Assembly (NCBI GenBank): GCA_965113315.1
Contig: OZ220374.1
Source: Podarcis vaucheri
Lineage: Eukaryota
Strand: one strand, 5' to 3'
DNA: 64,000 bases
Shown in pieces: positions 1 through 11,837 of the stretch. The stretch's first letter is position 1; every line of letters starts with the position of its first letter. The translations under genes were made by a program, and so were the position numbers. Under the pieces are notes generated by a model. That model did no database searches. It was not told the origin of the DNA and saw nothing but the letters and a program-made list of their open reading frames with translations.

Positions 1-19
1 TATAGGGCGAAAAATACGG
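1..19. mobile_element. Terminal inverted repeat of a Tc2/mariner-type element (rest is upstream of the window)
   Basis: ...TATAGGGCGAAAAATACGG followed by TA; same terminus as the element at 19342-20927. Confidence 0.65.
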
Positions 20-1186
20 TAAGTACTTAACCTTCGGTACCACTGTAGCTGTGAAGCTTGGACAGTTGACCAGCTATGATATGGTTTGTCCACATTAATA
101 TTTGGGGGGAGGTCCTTTGGCTGTATGTACACTCTACATTTATAGCACATTTCGTTGTCACCCCTAAAAAAAAGAATATTGGGAACTGTGGTTTGTTAAA
201 GGTCCTGGGAACTGCAGCTCTGTGAGAGGTAAATTGCAGTTCCCAGAATTCTTGGGTAGGCAATAAGTTTTAAATTTGCTTTTCGTATGGTGCATATCTG
301 GATCACAGGTCCAGATGCCACTTACTCCTGGCTGCTTCCTATCCGGCTTATGAAGATATCTTTTCCTCCTGCCTGATCCTGGAGTTCAGAAGGATAATGC
401 AGGCTTCCAGACAGACTTACTCACTTGGGACATTATTAGATAAGATTGCCCTGGGAACAGAAGTTAATTCAATAGTGTTACCAATATCTCTTCTTTCCAG
501 TGTTCGCAGCCAGCTCTTATTAGCTTTAACAGAGGCACGAGGAGCGCCATGGCAGAGTCTCATTACTCTTGGGAATAGCTTTAATTTGTATTGCTCTCTC
601 TCCCTCCCCCCCAATCTTGCCGTGTTGCTTGCATGGGTCTCAAAGGGTTTTTAATATGCCAACAGCTCCACAAACAATTGCTTCCTTCATCTCATTCTCC
701 AGCGCAGAGGTTTGCGTGGCCGCGGCCTTTTTATCTTTGTTGGAAATGCTTCTTTCCTGATGCTCTGTTTGTATTTTCCTTTTTATACATGTCCTCAATT
801 CAGTGAGAAGGGATATGGATGTGGAACAGTTATATTTAAATTCCGAACATGGGCTGTGAAGTTGACAGCGTTGCTCCTCCCGTCTCACATTTATCCTTAA
901 GTCGGCTGTTCTCTTCATGCAGATTTCATTACAGTTTTGCAAGAGTGCTGGGGAAAGTGAAATCTCTTCCATTTTCTCATAGATCCGTTTCTCAAAACAT
1001 CCATATTGTTAACTCTGGCTCTGATGAGAATTTGTTTTCTATGCAATTGACATGGAATCAGTTACCTAGATGAATGATGGACTCTCCCTCACTAGGGGGT
1101 CTTTAAACAGAGCCAGTGGAAATCTATCATCTGTCAAGGGATCTTCTAGCTCTTGAGTTTTTTCAGAGGAAGGAGTTGAACTAGAG

Positions 1187-1322
1187 CAGTGATGGCCAAA
1201 CTTGGCCCTCCAACTATTTTGGGACTACAGTTCCCATCATCCCTGACCACTGGTCCTTTTAGCTAGGGATGATGGGAGTTGTAGTCCGAAAACAACTGGA
1301 GGGCCAAGTTTGGCCATCACTG
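1187..1322. mobile_element. hAT (Charlie-like) MITE
   Basis: TIR CAGTGATGGCCAAACTTGGCCCTCC and its reverse complement; 8-bp TSD aactagag/aagtagag. Confidence 0.85.
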
Positions 1323-2621
1323 AAGTAGAGGGCCTCCAAAAACCACTCCCACTCTTTTAGAATGTTCACATCCACACTACAAATCAAAAGAGCATGGCTT
1401 CCACCCCCATCCCCCAGAGAATCTTGGGAACTATAGTTTGTTGAGGGTGCTGGGGCAAACTACAGGAATCTTTGGAAGAGGCAATACACTTTAAATGTAT
1501 GGTGCAACTGCTTCCAGAATCAAAGCATATAATATTATTGTAGTCTTTCCTTCTGCAAAATGAGAGTGCTGCAATCTGACTGCTATATGTATTTTCTAAA
1601 AGCTTATAAAGCATAGAGTGAATTGATGGTGATACTCAAAAGTGCTTGCCCCCCCCCTTTTTCAAAAAAGATCACACCTTGAATAGAAACAGGTGGGTCG
1701 TTTAGCTGCTGCCTCTTCAAGATTCCATAAGAGTTCTCTGAAAAGTCAGGACCTCCTTGACTCAAAGTCCTTTCCTGGCTGGGCTGTATGTGTGGCCTGA
1801 TGTCCACTAGGGGGAGTGGTGGAGCCAGATCCAAATCTAACCAGTTCCATCCTTTGTCAAAAGCAAATCTGCACATATTTCCGTGTGGGCCACGCAGAGC
1901 AAACTTAACCCAAAGGTGTGTAGTCAAGTAGCCCATCCTATGAGAATGGTACTTAACGATAGCAAGCTACACAATATTTAGATTTTCATTCCACTCTCTT
2001 TCTGTACAAATGGGACAAAGAGGGAGTATGAATCCTGAATCGCTAGGACTTAAGTTCCTTTGGGTGACAGCAGAAAAACTGTTAATGGTATTCATCCTAG
2101 TAGTTTGCTTCTATTAGCAAATGTGTATTTTGATGAATGGACAGCCGAGTAAATGTACAGTTAGATACAATCTCTTTCACATAACTGTGGGTCTCGTGGT
2201 GTGATATGGTATTTACCATAACATGACAGGGGGGGGGGATTTTTTCTCATGGCAACCTTCACTAGTTAAAAAAAATTAAACATGGTACTTGGATCCAATT
2301 CTCATTTATATCTTTGAGGAACTGTAAACTAAACATACCATGTTTTAGCAAACTTGCTAATTAGCTACGATTGTGTAGCCCTCCTTCCCAACCAGTTAAA
2401 GACACTCCAGGTGGCTTGTATAGTTTAACTTGCTGGGCAGTAATTTAGCAGTTTTCTTTTTCTCTCTAAAAGTTCAGGTCCACAGGAAGAAAAGTTTAAA
2501 TTGTGTGTGTGTGTGTTTGGCAGGCTAACATGTAATCAAAAGGCATCTGCTGGGAAATTTTTTGTTGCTGTGTTTCCAAAGTCTTTCTGGATAACTCAAC
2601 CAAGCCCTTTCTGTTTGACAG

Positions 2622-2798
2622 AATTCTGCCTGCTACATGACCAAGAGGGTGGCTTTGAAAGGGAGAGCATGGAAGGATCAGCTTACCATTCTACAGCTTT
2701 CCGATATTCTTTCTTCCCCCATCTTCTGGATGCTGTCGATAGCGAGAATCCGCCAGGCCCTGTCCCCAGTGACGCCCCATTAAGTGTTTTGAGCAAAG
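2622..2798 (+). CDS. GSDME: GSDME exon 6 equivalent (end of pore-forming domain and linker with caspase site)
   Basis: tttgacAG|AATTC...AAAG|GTagga. Encodes (E)FCLLHDQEGGFERESMEGSAYHSTAFRYSFFPHLLDAVDSENPPGPVPSDAPLSVLSK, similar to human EFCLLRGKQGGFE...DMPD...PLSVLK. Confidence 0.93.
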
Positions 2799-5435
2799 GT
2801 AGGACTGAGCGGAAAGTGTTAAGAAGTACAAAAGAAAACCTGGCTCACATTAAGAACAAAATGGGAGGTCAACCTGTTTTCAGTTTTAAATAGGTCTTCT
2901 GAAAAGCTCTTAGATATCAGGGTACACAAAGGAACGTTGGGATGTGTGGGGGAGAAGAGTGTTGGAGATAGTTTGCCAACCTGATTGCTGCAGCATGGAA
3001 AGAGGGGTTTGAAATTCCCCTCCCGGTCTGTATTTCCAGCTCTTGGACCTAAGAAATAGACAATTATATTGGCATTGCAGCAAACTTCACACCCAGCCCT
3101 TAGCCTGAGCAAGACAGTGTTGTGCAACTTACTGTTAAATGGAGAGGAAAACACTGGTGTCAGCTGCTGTTTCATAAAATTCTCATCCCTCCGAGTAGAA
3201 AAGGCCACATGCTCCACGTGTTTTGGATTTGGGCAAGGATTTTTTTTCTTGTTATCAATGAATTGAGATCCTCTCAATGGATTTGAGATTGGTGTTCACC
3301 ATTGGATACATTTATACCACTCTTCCCCTCAAAGTACGTATGTGGGTTTGCTTTGGATTCCCCCCCAAAAAAAAAAAAAATGGGAGGAGGAACAAATTAT
3401 ATCTTCCCCTTTGTCCACCTCCAAGTTGCTGTGTACAATTGCATTCATATTTCTGGAGCGTTTTCTATGCACACGTTTTTCAAGGTTTAGTTTCCTTTTA
3501 CATAGCATGCTATTGGTCTATAGGCTCCTCTCCTGGACAGCCGTTACGGCATGTGAAGGTACCAAATGTCAAAATGTGGTGCTTTGGCACGTGTGCTTCC
3601 TGTTCTGCTTGGAAGGTACATCATCCCTTGCCGTGAACTTAATTGCGAACTATTTTGGCTACGCTGTGCCCCTTCCAAACTGTTCCAAATTAATGTTTTA
3701 GGATGCACGCATGGAATAGCAATTTTTTGCAGAGCATTTGTTGCACAGCATGGAAACATTTTCTTAATTAAATTCCCCAGCAGAGGCTTACTTAGCACCT
3801 TGACCCTGCAGAACCTTGTTTTTGCTCAGGAAGCGCCGCCTTACTCGACAAAGCCATGAGAGAGGTAGATGCAGAAGCTGTAAATGAGGGTCAAATTGAG
3901 ATTTAGGGCAGCGAAAATTGGTTGCTGGTGTGTGCTTGCTGTATCTTGCCCAATTAAGGTCTAGTCAGACAAAGTTGTGACAAGAAAAAGAATCAGTTTG
4001 CAGGACAGGGGAGAGCAGGTTGCAGCTTGCTTTGCCTTACAGCTTTGTAGCTGCTTTTCCTGCTTCATCAAAGCGTTTCCATCACACCTTTGCAAAAGGC
4101 CTCTGAATGTGGCCTTTTCCCCAAGTTCCCAAGTTCCAGAGCTATGATAAAAATCAGCCATTTTTCAATCAATGAAACAAAATAGGACTTTCTCTGGAAC
4201 AGGTAAATTGATTGAAAAAAGGGAATCTCTTTGTATTGCTGAAATTGAAGTGATTTTTGTTGAAAGTCTCCCCACGACTGTTTTTTTTTGTTTGCTGCTC
4301 TATGTGACTATTTCAAAGGCTTGTGGCTGCTTCTTGATTTCATTGGCTTACTCTACCCAGTTCAAGCAATCCTTAAACGTATTTGCAACTGATCCATATT
4401 TAGGCCTCATTTGCCATTCAATCCCAGGTTTTATTATCTGCTCTATAAATGAATAGTACATGAATGTACTATGGGTTTTTCTTTTTTACGGGCTGAGTGC
4501 ATCCAGAAAAAGCATTTATGTTGCAGTTTGAGTTATGTTTGAGTTCCGGGCATTCACTTTGCTAGCTACTCTTCATACATTTTCTGCACATAAAAGCTTC
4601 CTCTTTCTAGAATTGCAGGTTGTTGTTTTAAAAAAGAAATCAGTTTTCAAAATAAATGCTGCATTTGTAGAGTTGCCCCATAAACACCCTGATAAATCAT
4701 AATGGAGTAAAACATGTACAGTATATTTATATAGATGTAGCATTTATTAAAATGAAACAAAAAACCAATAAATAAGTGGTGCATTGGGTGAAAAAGGGCA
4801 AATTCAGCATTTTTAAAAAAGTTTCTGTTAATGAAGAAGAGGCACAACAATAATTAAGAACAGATATGCTGCTTTTAAAAAAGTGAGAACCTGGGCCCTC
4901 CAGATGTTGTTGAACTCCAATTCCCATCAGGTCCAGCCAGCATGGCCAATGGGAGTTGAAGTCCAACTTTTGGAGCGGCAGCGGCCCCCCCCCCGCACCC
5001 CTAAACCATTTGCAGAGTTTTACTTCTCTAGTGCAGTGCAAGCTTTCCTGCAACAAAACCCAGAAGTGGAGTGCAAAGTAGTTAACAAATGGAAGGCAAA
5101 TTTGGCACCGCGCTGTGATTTCTATCCCAGGAAAGATTGCATTATTACACCTTGAAAACATATTTAGTAATGCTCTAATTCAGAAATGGAGATCTTGTCC
5201 CGTCGTCCCCCAAACTGCAAGCCCCAGCCCCAGCCAGCATGGCCAGCGGTCAGAAATGATGGGAGTTGCAGTCCAATATCATCTGGTGCTGCATCCCTGC
5301 TTTTAAAAAATGTTTCCTTGAACTAGTCACCTTTGGTTGAGGTGCTGTTGAAAGTGTTGCCCCTTCAAATCCCTTTCAGTGTGGTTTCTATCAGCGTGTA
5401 CTTGCTTAATGTGTGTCCCCTTTTGTCTCTGAAAG

Positions 5436-5563
5436 ATGCCTTGCAGTTCAAGACCCATTTCCAGCCCTTCATGAAGCTAACGGAGGAAAAGCAGGGAACT
5501 TTATACCAACTACTCTGTGATTTTCTGCTTCAGGAAGAAATGGTGACTGAGTTGGAGGATGTG
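5436..5563 (+). CDS. GSDME: GSDME exon 7 equivalent
   Basis: ctgaaAG|ATGCC...GATGTG|GTaatc, 128 nt. Encodes (D)ALQFKTHFQPFMKLTEEKQGTLYQLLCDFLLQEEMVTELEDV. Confidence 0.92.
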
Positions 5564-5713
5564 GTAATCTTTTTCTTTCTTTCCAAATACACAAACGTTC
5601 TCCTTTTTATTTATAAGCAATAATAGCTGATTTTCAAACCGCCCCCCCCCCATGGGCTGATGTATTTCTGGTCCCATATTTAGCATCCCATCAACATTGT
5701 CTGTTCTTTACAG

Positions 5714-5909
5714 CTGGACCATATATGTACAGAAGACAAACCAGAACTCCTTGTAATGGTGGAGTCAAAGCCACCAGAGCAGAAAAACATAGAGGATTTC
5801 TTACAGCTTGTTGGAATCCGTTTACAGAACAAACAGTTCCTGCAGAAGGACCCACTTTCCAACAAGGAGCTGCTCTTAGCGGCTCACATCCTCCTCAGTG
5901 CTATAGCAG
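5714..5909 (+). CDS. GSDME: GSDME exon 8 equivalent
   Basis: tttacAG|CTGGAC...GCAG|GTacag, 196 nt. Encodes LDHICTEDKPELLVMVESKPPEQKNIEDFLQLVG...AAHILLSAIA. Confidence 0.9.
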
Positions 5910-6074
5910 GTACAGTAAGAAAAAAGAAATTAGCTGCTTGGTGGTTCTAGAACTGGGAAAGAAACATCCACCCTGAAAGACTTTGGAAAACAGACAACAG
6001 CTGTAGGCTAGATTGGGTCAATGGCCAAATTTTGTGTGAAGCAGTTGCCACTTCTTCCCTTCCGTGACATCATT

Positions 6075-6180
6075 TGTCTACTCTATTCCAACTCCCTGCG
6101 ATGAAGGAATATTTCGCCCAACGTGGGGCTTGAACCCTCAACCCTGAGATTAAAAGTCTCATGCTCTGCTGACTGAGCAA
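6075..6180 (-). mobile_element. tRNA-Lys-derived SINE with CR1-like tail
   Basis: Minus strand GCTCAGTCAGCAGAGCATGAGACTTTTAATCTCAGGGTTGAGGGTTCAAGCCCCACGTTGGGCG is a degenerate tRNA-Lys body lacking its 5' acceptor strand, followed by a GCAGGGAGTTGGA tail. Confidence 0.7.
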
Positions 6181-6567
6181 TTTTGCTTTCTCCTGTGATA
6201 GAAATAGCATGCAGTCTTGAGCAGCAGTATTGTGAGTGCAAAGCTCAGTTGCCTGGTTCAAGAAGCCAGTTTGCTACATTCTGTGAAGTTGATGGCTGGT
6301 AAATTGAGGCTGGGAAGAGAGATGTTCGCTTTTGCTGGGAAACTTGTTAAGCTATTGCTGGTTCCTGAAGAATAGCGATGTCTGTTCTGCTACTTGATTA
6401 TTATTTTTTAGGATTTTTTTCTCATTGCCTCCCCCCTGTCCCCCAATTCTAGATTTCATGAGTTTACGTTGTTAAGGTTTCCATATAGGCTTGTTTCACT
6501 GATATGTACAAATTTTCAGTTTCATGCTTCTGAAAGTTTCGGTTTGCCTCTTATTTCCTTGCTGCAG

Positions 6568-6641
6568 AACTGTCTGATTATGCGCTTGTCCTGCTTCGCG
6601 CCTGCTGCGAACTCCAGGTTGTCCCTGCTCTATGTTGCTTG
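6568..6641 (+). CDS. GSDME: GSDME exon 9 equivalent
   Basis: gctgcAG|AACTG...CTTG|GTaagt, 74 nt. Encodes (E)LSDYALVLLRACCELQVVPALCCL. Confidence 0.92.
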
Positions 6642-6900
6642 GTAAGTCCTGCAATCGCAAGTGTGCAAAGTCACGATAGCAGCGTGGCTTTGCCCTTTGC
6701 ATTATCCGCGGCTGGCATGGCCAGTAATCAAGGATGTTGACAATTGTCATCAGTAGCATGTGGATGGCCAGAGGCTGTGTCATTCCTGGCACATATGGCC
6801 CCACCCCCATTATAGCCTCACATGAGCCCTAGGATAGGCTGATACTGACTGACAAGGTCATCTAGTGAGTTTACTGCCCGAGCGGGGACTTGAACTCAGG

Positions 6901-7240
6901 TGTGGGTTAAACCACAGAGCCTAGGACTTGCCGATCAGAAGGTTGGTGGTTCAAATCCCCCCGAAGGGGTGAGCTCCAGTTGCTCGGTCCCTGCTCCTGC
7001 CCACCTAGCAGTTCGAAAGCATGTCAAAGTGCACGTAGATAAATAGGTACTGCTCTAGCGGGAAGGTAAACGGCCTTTCCGTGTGCTGCTCTAGTTTGCC
7101 AGAAGTGGCTTAGTCATGCTGGCCACATGACCCGGAAGCTGTACGCCGGCTCCCTCGGCCAATAAAGTGAGATGAGCGCCGCAACCCCAGAATCGGCCAC
7201 GACTGGACCTAATGGTCAGGGGTCCCTTTACCTTTACCCT
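6901..7240 (+). mobile_element. Sauria SINE (5' slightly truncated)
   Basis: GTGGGTTAAACCACAGAGCCTAGG...TAGATAAATAGGTAC...GGGAAGGTAAACGG, ending in an (ACCTTT)n tail. Confidence 0.88.
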
Positions 7241-7362
7241 TGTTCAGCACTCTCTCTAGACACTTCCTAAATATTTTAAGTTCACCCTCGCTACTGAAGG
7301 GGTTCACTTGAAACTTTGTTGTAAATGCCTCTTAACCTTTCTTTCTCTCTATCTCTGAACAG

Positions 7363-7602
7363 CCTAACAGGACCTCGGCAGACGGCACGCTAACACTTGC
7401 AGATCCAGCACTAGCTCCCCTTGCTGACACCCAAAGGTTTCAGATAGCACAAAGGCTGTTTGCTTTATCAAACATTAACCTTGAGATGACCGAGTCTTGC
7501 ATAAAAGCTGTAACCATGAAGAAACCCAGATTTTCCCCAATCATTCTCTATATAGCATTGTATGGACTTCATGCATTAGGCTGTAAAACAGCTCAGGCTT
7601 GA
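7363..7602 (+). CDS. GSDME: GSDME last coding exon
   Basis: Polypyrimidine tract then aacAG|CCT. Encodes PNRTSADGTLTLADPALAPLADTQRFQIAQRLFALSNINLE...LYIALYGLHALGCKTAQA*, TGA at 7600-7602. Confidence 0.93.
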   Translation, partial: PNRTSADGTLTLADPALAPLADTQRFQIAQRLFALSNINLEMTESCIKAVTMKKPRFSPIILYIALYGLHALGCKTAQA

Positions 7603-7918
7603 AGCAGCGGCCTGGGTGGTTTAATAGGATAACTAACGGCAGTATTTAATATCTGTCATAATAGAGTTGGACCTGGCTGATTTGCATCATTACAATGGGA
7701 ACATGGGCAAATTGGCTGTGCCACTGGAGCATGGCAGAAGTTGAAATGGAGTGTATAAATGAAAATATTGAAGAGCCATGCAAGGGCGCTTCTTCTGCAA
7801 TGCACATATTAAAACACATCTTCAGTTTTTGTCTCCTCAGAGATTACTTCAGAAGCGTTTATTTGTTCTATAAGCAGCCTTTGCTTTATTGCTTTGTTAG
7901 CATTTGTATATACTAGAG

Positions 7919-8068
7919 CAGAGGTCTTCAGTGAGTTGGGACCAACTAGTGGGTCTCAGCCTGTTCTACTGGCATTGCAAATATATGGTGAAAGAGTAAG
8001 AAAGGCATCTCCAAATGCATGTTTCAGTTAAAAGTGGATCTTGGGTCTGAAAAGGTTGAAAATCCCTG
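7919..8068. mobile_element. hAT MITE in the probable GSDME 3'UTR
   Basis: CAG...CTG termini with perfect 8-bp TSD tactagag (7911-7918 and 8069-8076). Confidence 0.75.
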
Positions 8069-8404
8069 TACTAGAGAGTTTTGTTATCCAAAACATCTTT
8101 GTGGAAGGAGTCATTTCAAATCTGACCCAATTCCCTTTCCTTGAGGAAGAGGTTGTAGCCACACATGCTTTGAGTGCAAAAGACCCTTGGTTTAATCTCT
8201 GACATCATGTAGGTGTTAGCAGAAATCTAGGGGTGCAAGGAGAAGTCTTTGCTAAGTGAGCATAGTATAAGGAAGCATTGTGTATTCATCCTGCTCATCT
8301 AGGTTCCACCCCTTCCTTTGAAACGGTTTAGACCTTTGGAAAAAGCAATCAGGTTTTGAAACATGCCCTATATTAACTGGGATGGCGTATTCAATGTTTT
8401 ACTC

Positions 8405-8410
8405 AATAAA
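8405..8410 (+). promoter_or_regulatory. Candidate GSDME polyadenylation signal
   Basis: First AATAAA I found on + after the GSDME stop (~800 nt downstream); further AATAAA near 8940 and 9016. Confidence 0.45.
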
Positions 8411-8603
8411 AGAGGGAATTCACTAGCATGGCTAATCTATACATTTCTGTCTGGCCCCTCTTTGCTTCCCCCATTTTCTCAGCAAAGCAGTGATGTTCAG
8501 TGGTGACATTTACCCTACAAAATGATGTTCAGCAACATTCCGCCAGAGGCACTCAGGAAAGGGCTAGGAAAACTTGCGAGGCAACCCTTTTTCCAATATT
8601 AAA

Positions 8604-8633
8604 TTTATTTCATATATACAAAAATACTTTATT
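8604..8633 (-). promoter_or_regulatory. Candidate distal PALS2 polyadenylation signals
   Basis: Two AATAAA on - (TTTATT at 8604-8609 and 8628-8633) with UGUA motifs nearby, in AU-rich sequence that looks like an mRNA 3' end. Confidence 0.55.
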
Positions 8634-11579
8634 AGGAGTTAACAGGATTTCACAGCTTTGTACATTTCAACAATTATACAGAACAACATATGCCTTTAGC
8701 GTGAAAACATTGAGGGTTTTAAAAAAAAGTTACTGTAGTTTAGCTGAGTAGCACTTAGCCTTGTTCTATGGAACTACTTTAGCAGTTAATCAATTTCCCC
8801 GTGGTCCATCAGAATAATCTAAATTGATCAATGCACCAGACAATATTTTTCTGGGATTAGGCTATCAAGGGACATCTTACAATTCTTATCAACGAAAGTC
8901 CTCTTCAGGTGTAACTGCCCAGTGAGGCAACATGAACAGAATAAAGCCGCAAGGCTGTGCACTTAGCTCTGTCTCTCGAGGCCATGCAAATCCTTCCAGC
9001 CCTTTGCACAATTGAAATAAACTTCTGCAGCGAGGAGCCTTGTTCGTTCCATTGAAGCTCCCCATGATACTGCAAACATTGACTTTCCTGGTTCTCAGTT
9101 GTATAGGAAGCCTCCAGGTAGGTTCAAGTCTCCTCAGCACAGAAGTTTACTTAAACTACACACAGCCTTCCTCTACCAATGCTGTCTCTTAGGGCAATAA
9201 GGCCTGGAGAGGACTAAAGTCCAAGGTTTAATCAGATTGCACAAATAATACATATCAACTTCAGTGCACATACAGAAACCAAATAATAAGTGATAGATGC
9301 TTCATAAAAACCTAAAAAGTACCAGCAATCTAAATTATGAATTGTATAACCTTGACATAATTCAAAGATTTGGAATCTATCCTTATAAAATACAAATAAT
9401 AATAATAACAATAATGTACAGTTGTGTAGGACTTGAATATAAAAAATGCATGTTAGTGGCAGTTGATATGCTACGTTAGTTTGAATACTGATGCCTGTAC
9501 AAAGGTTTATTTTTCCTGATCAGTGCACTGCCCATTTGATAAAGCTTACCAATTTTCTAGTAGCATGTAAGAATGGCTATTTTAGGACAGCCTCAATGAC
9601 ACATTTCTCCTGTCTTTAAACTGAAAGAAGCAGGTTAAAATTAATTCATGGAAGACGGATCAAAGTTTTCTGCCACAGTGCTGCCAAAACAGCAGATCCA
9701 ACCTATGCCTATTCAGTAGGGAAAATTAAGGGGAGATTACTCTCCTAGCTGCAATAAACTATTTGTTTGTCGTCTACAGAAGCTGCACTATAGCATTCTA
9801 CAGAATAAACCCATAGGAGGCAAAGCCCTTCAATACTTTTTTATAGATCTTTTAAATACAAAAAAAGCACTTGCCGGTATAACTAGATTGTGGCCAACTG
9901 TTTTATCCTCTTCATAGCTGTTGTTTACTTAGTTTTTATAATGACAAAGTTCCTCTTTAGCAGCTATAGTCATAACACTGAACTGTAATTTAAAATGTAA
10001 GCCAAAGTAGTTTACAGCCAAGACAAAAACTTCTGATTTAAATTTGGGAAAATATTTAAAATTTGATTCAATGATACCAAAACTGTGATTAACTTCCATC
10101 AGCTAGACCACACAACTTTCTTACGGCTTATGGAATGCTGTATCTTGCTCTGAGGTTATAAAAAAATACTCAAGATCTCAAATCAGCAAGTTTCATACTA
10201 TTTCATTACATCAACGAATTTTGCTTGCGTCTAGTATCATCATTCCCAGGGTGAAAACCAATATGGACTTCCTAGTTGATACCCAACTCTCTGCACATCT
10301 GTGCCATTTGATCAACTTTCTCCCTTGCTCACAAGACTCCACTGGAGTTCTTGAAAGCAGCTGCCACTACCCTCCCAAAGATTCTACAGCCTATATAAAA
10401 TACAGTACCCAAACCGACATATAGTTTCTTCTGCATCTGTAGACAGTATAAAAACAAAGCACTGAAACCCTGGATATACCACCGCATCTTCCTTTTGAGA
10501 TTTCTAGTCCATACATTTCACTCAGACTTGATTTTTTTTTATTTTATGAAGCCTTAAGTTGCTGGGTTTTCTTTTCTTGAAAAAAAAGTTCCCAGGAAAA
10601 ACTCATGCTTGGAAATCTGTGACCCCTAAAGCAAGATTTAGCAACCTTCCTGTAGTTTTCTCCAAGGTTAAATGGCTTCAGTTTATTCATAGATGAAGCA
10701 GAAAGGAAACACTTGCTCACCAAAAACCAAAAACAATTTCCCATGCCTTTTGCCCTGCCCTGGCTCTACTTCCACCCTTGTAGTTTTACATTGCAGACTT
10801 ACAGTCCATCACTAGATACCTTCTACTCCTTTTGTTACAGTATAATATGAAAACGGCCCAGGCAATATATTTACAAATTACTTGATGAGAATATTTTAAC
10901 ACTATAGCAGCTCTGTTGTTCAAAAGATCAAGTAACCGGATACATACAAATAAGCCGTATATAAGCTAAACTTAACTTTGAGTAGCCCTGAATCAGCCTC
11001 ATCCATATTGTCTGCAATCCTCAACATTTTGGTGTGAATTTTTCAAGTGAAAAAACTGCAAGCAAAATTCCAGTATTCTCATTCTAAGCTTATGTACAAG
11101 CATTAAACTCTTTATCGCTCAATGAACTGCATAGTACCCAAGGAATTCAAAATAAAATATTTTCTTTTAAAAAAAAATACAACCATATAAGTTGGCTTAA
11201 GATCTACAGTTCACTTTTAGAAGATTGCCAGATTTTTATCCCTCAATAAAAAGCTATCTCAAGAGACACTGAGCACATATTTCTTTGAAGGTGGGTAGTA
11301 AAATGACCAATGCACTTTTAAAGGTGTTCCATTTGTTTTCTATCAGACTTACCTACTACTGTAGGACATTTCCACCCATCTTTCTAATTCCTGCTGATCA
11401 GTGTGACTTTAGACTATGTCCAATAGAGGCAGTGGGATAAACCAATGCTATTTTTATTGTATAGGTGGCACACAGCTGATCACGTGCAGTTCAGTAAATG
11501 AGACAAAAAGCCTCATTGACAGCAAACAATTGTGTTTTGGCAGAAGTGACAAGTGGCTTCATTCGGTAAATAGAGTGTA

Positions 11580-11837
11580 CAGAGGTACCTCGGGTTAAGT
11601 ACTTCATTCGTTCTGGAGGTCCGTTCTTAACCTGAAACTGTTCTTAACCTGAAGCACCACTTTAACTAATGGGGCCTCCTGCTGCCACCGCGCCGCTGGA
11701 GCCCAATTTCTGTTCTTATCCTGAAGCAAAGTTCTTAACCTGAAGCACTATTTCTGGGTTAGCGGAGTGTGTAACCTGATGCGCATGTAACCTGAAGCGT
11801 ATGTAACCTGAAGTGTATGTAACCCGAGGTACCACTA
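11580..11837. mobile_element. Tigger/pogo-like MITE in the probable PALS2 3'UTR
   Basis: TIR CAG(A/T)GGTACCTCGGGTTA, TA TSD; near-identical copies at 53220 and 62582. Confidence 0.88.

Larger units (their letters stand above)
2622..7602 (+). other. GSDME: Gasdermin E (DFNA5) gene, 3' part (equivalents of human exons 6-10); 5' exons lie upstream of the window
   Basis: Five GT-AG exons (177, 128, 196, 74, 240 nt) splice in frame. Translation resembles the GSDME linker and C-terminal domain. Tail-to-tail with PALS2 as in other amniotes. Confidence 0.95.

Noticed and set aside
1-2621. Further upstream GSDME exons
   Set aside because: No segment translated to the expected preceding exon, so it probably lies before the window.
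6115-6180. Functional tRNA-Lys gene
   Set aside because: The 5' acceptor strand is missing, CpG-decay substitutions are present and a CR1-like tail follows, so it is a SINE head.
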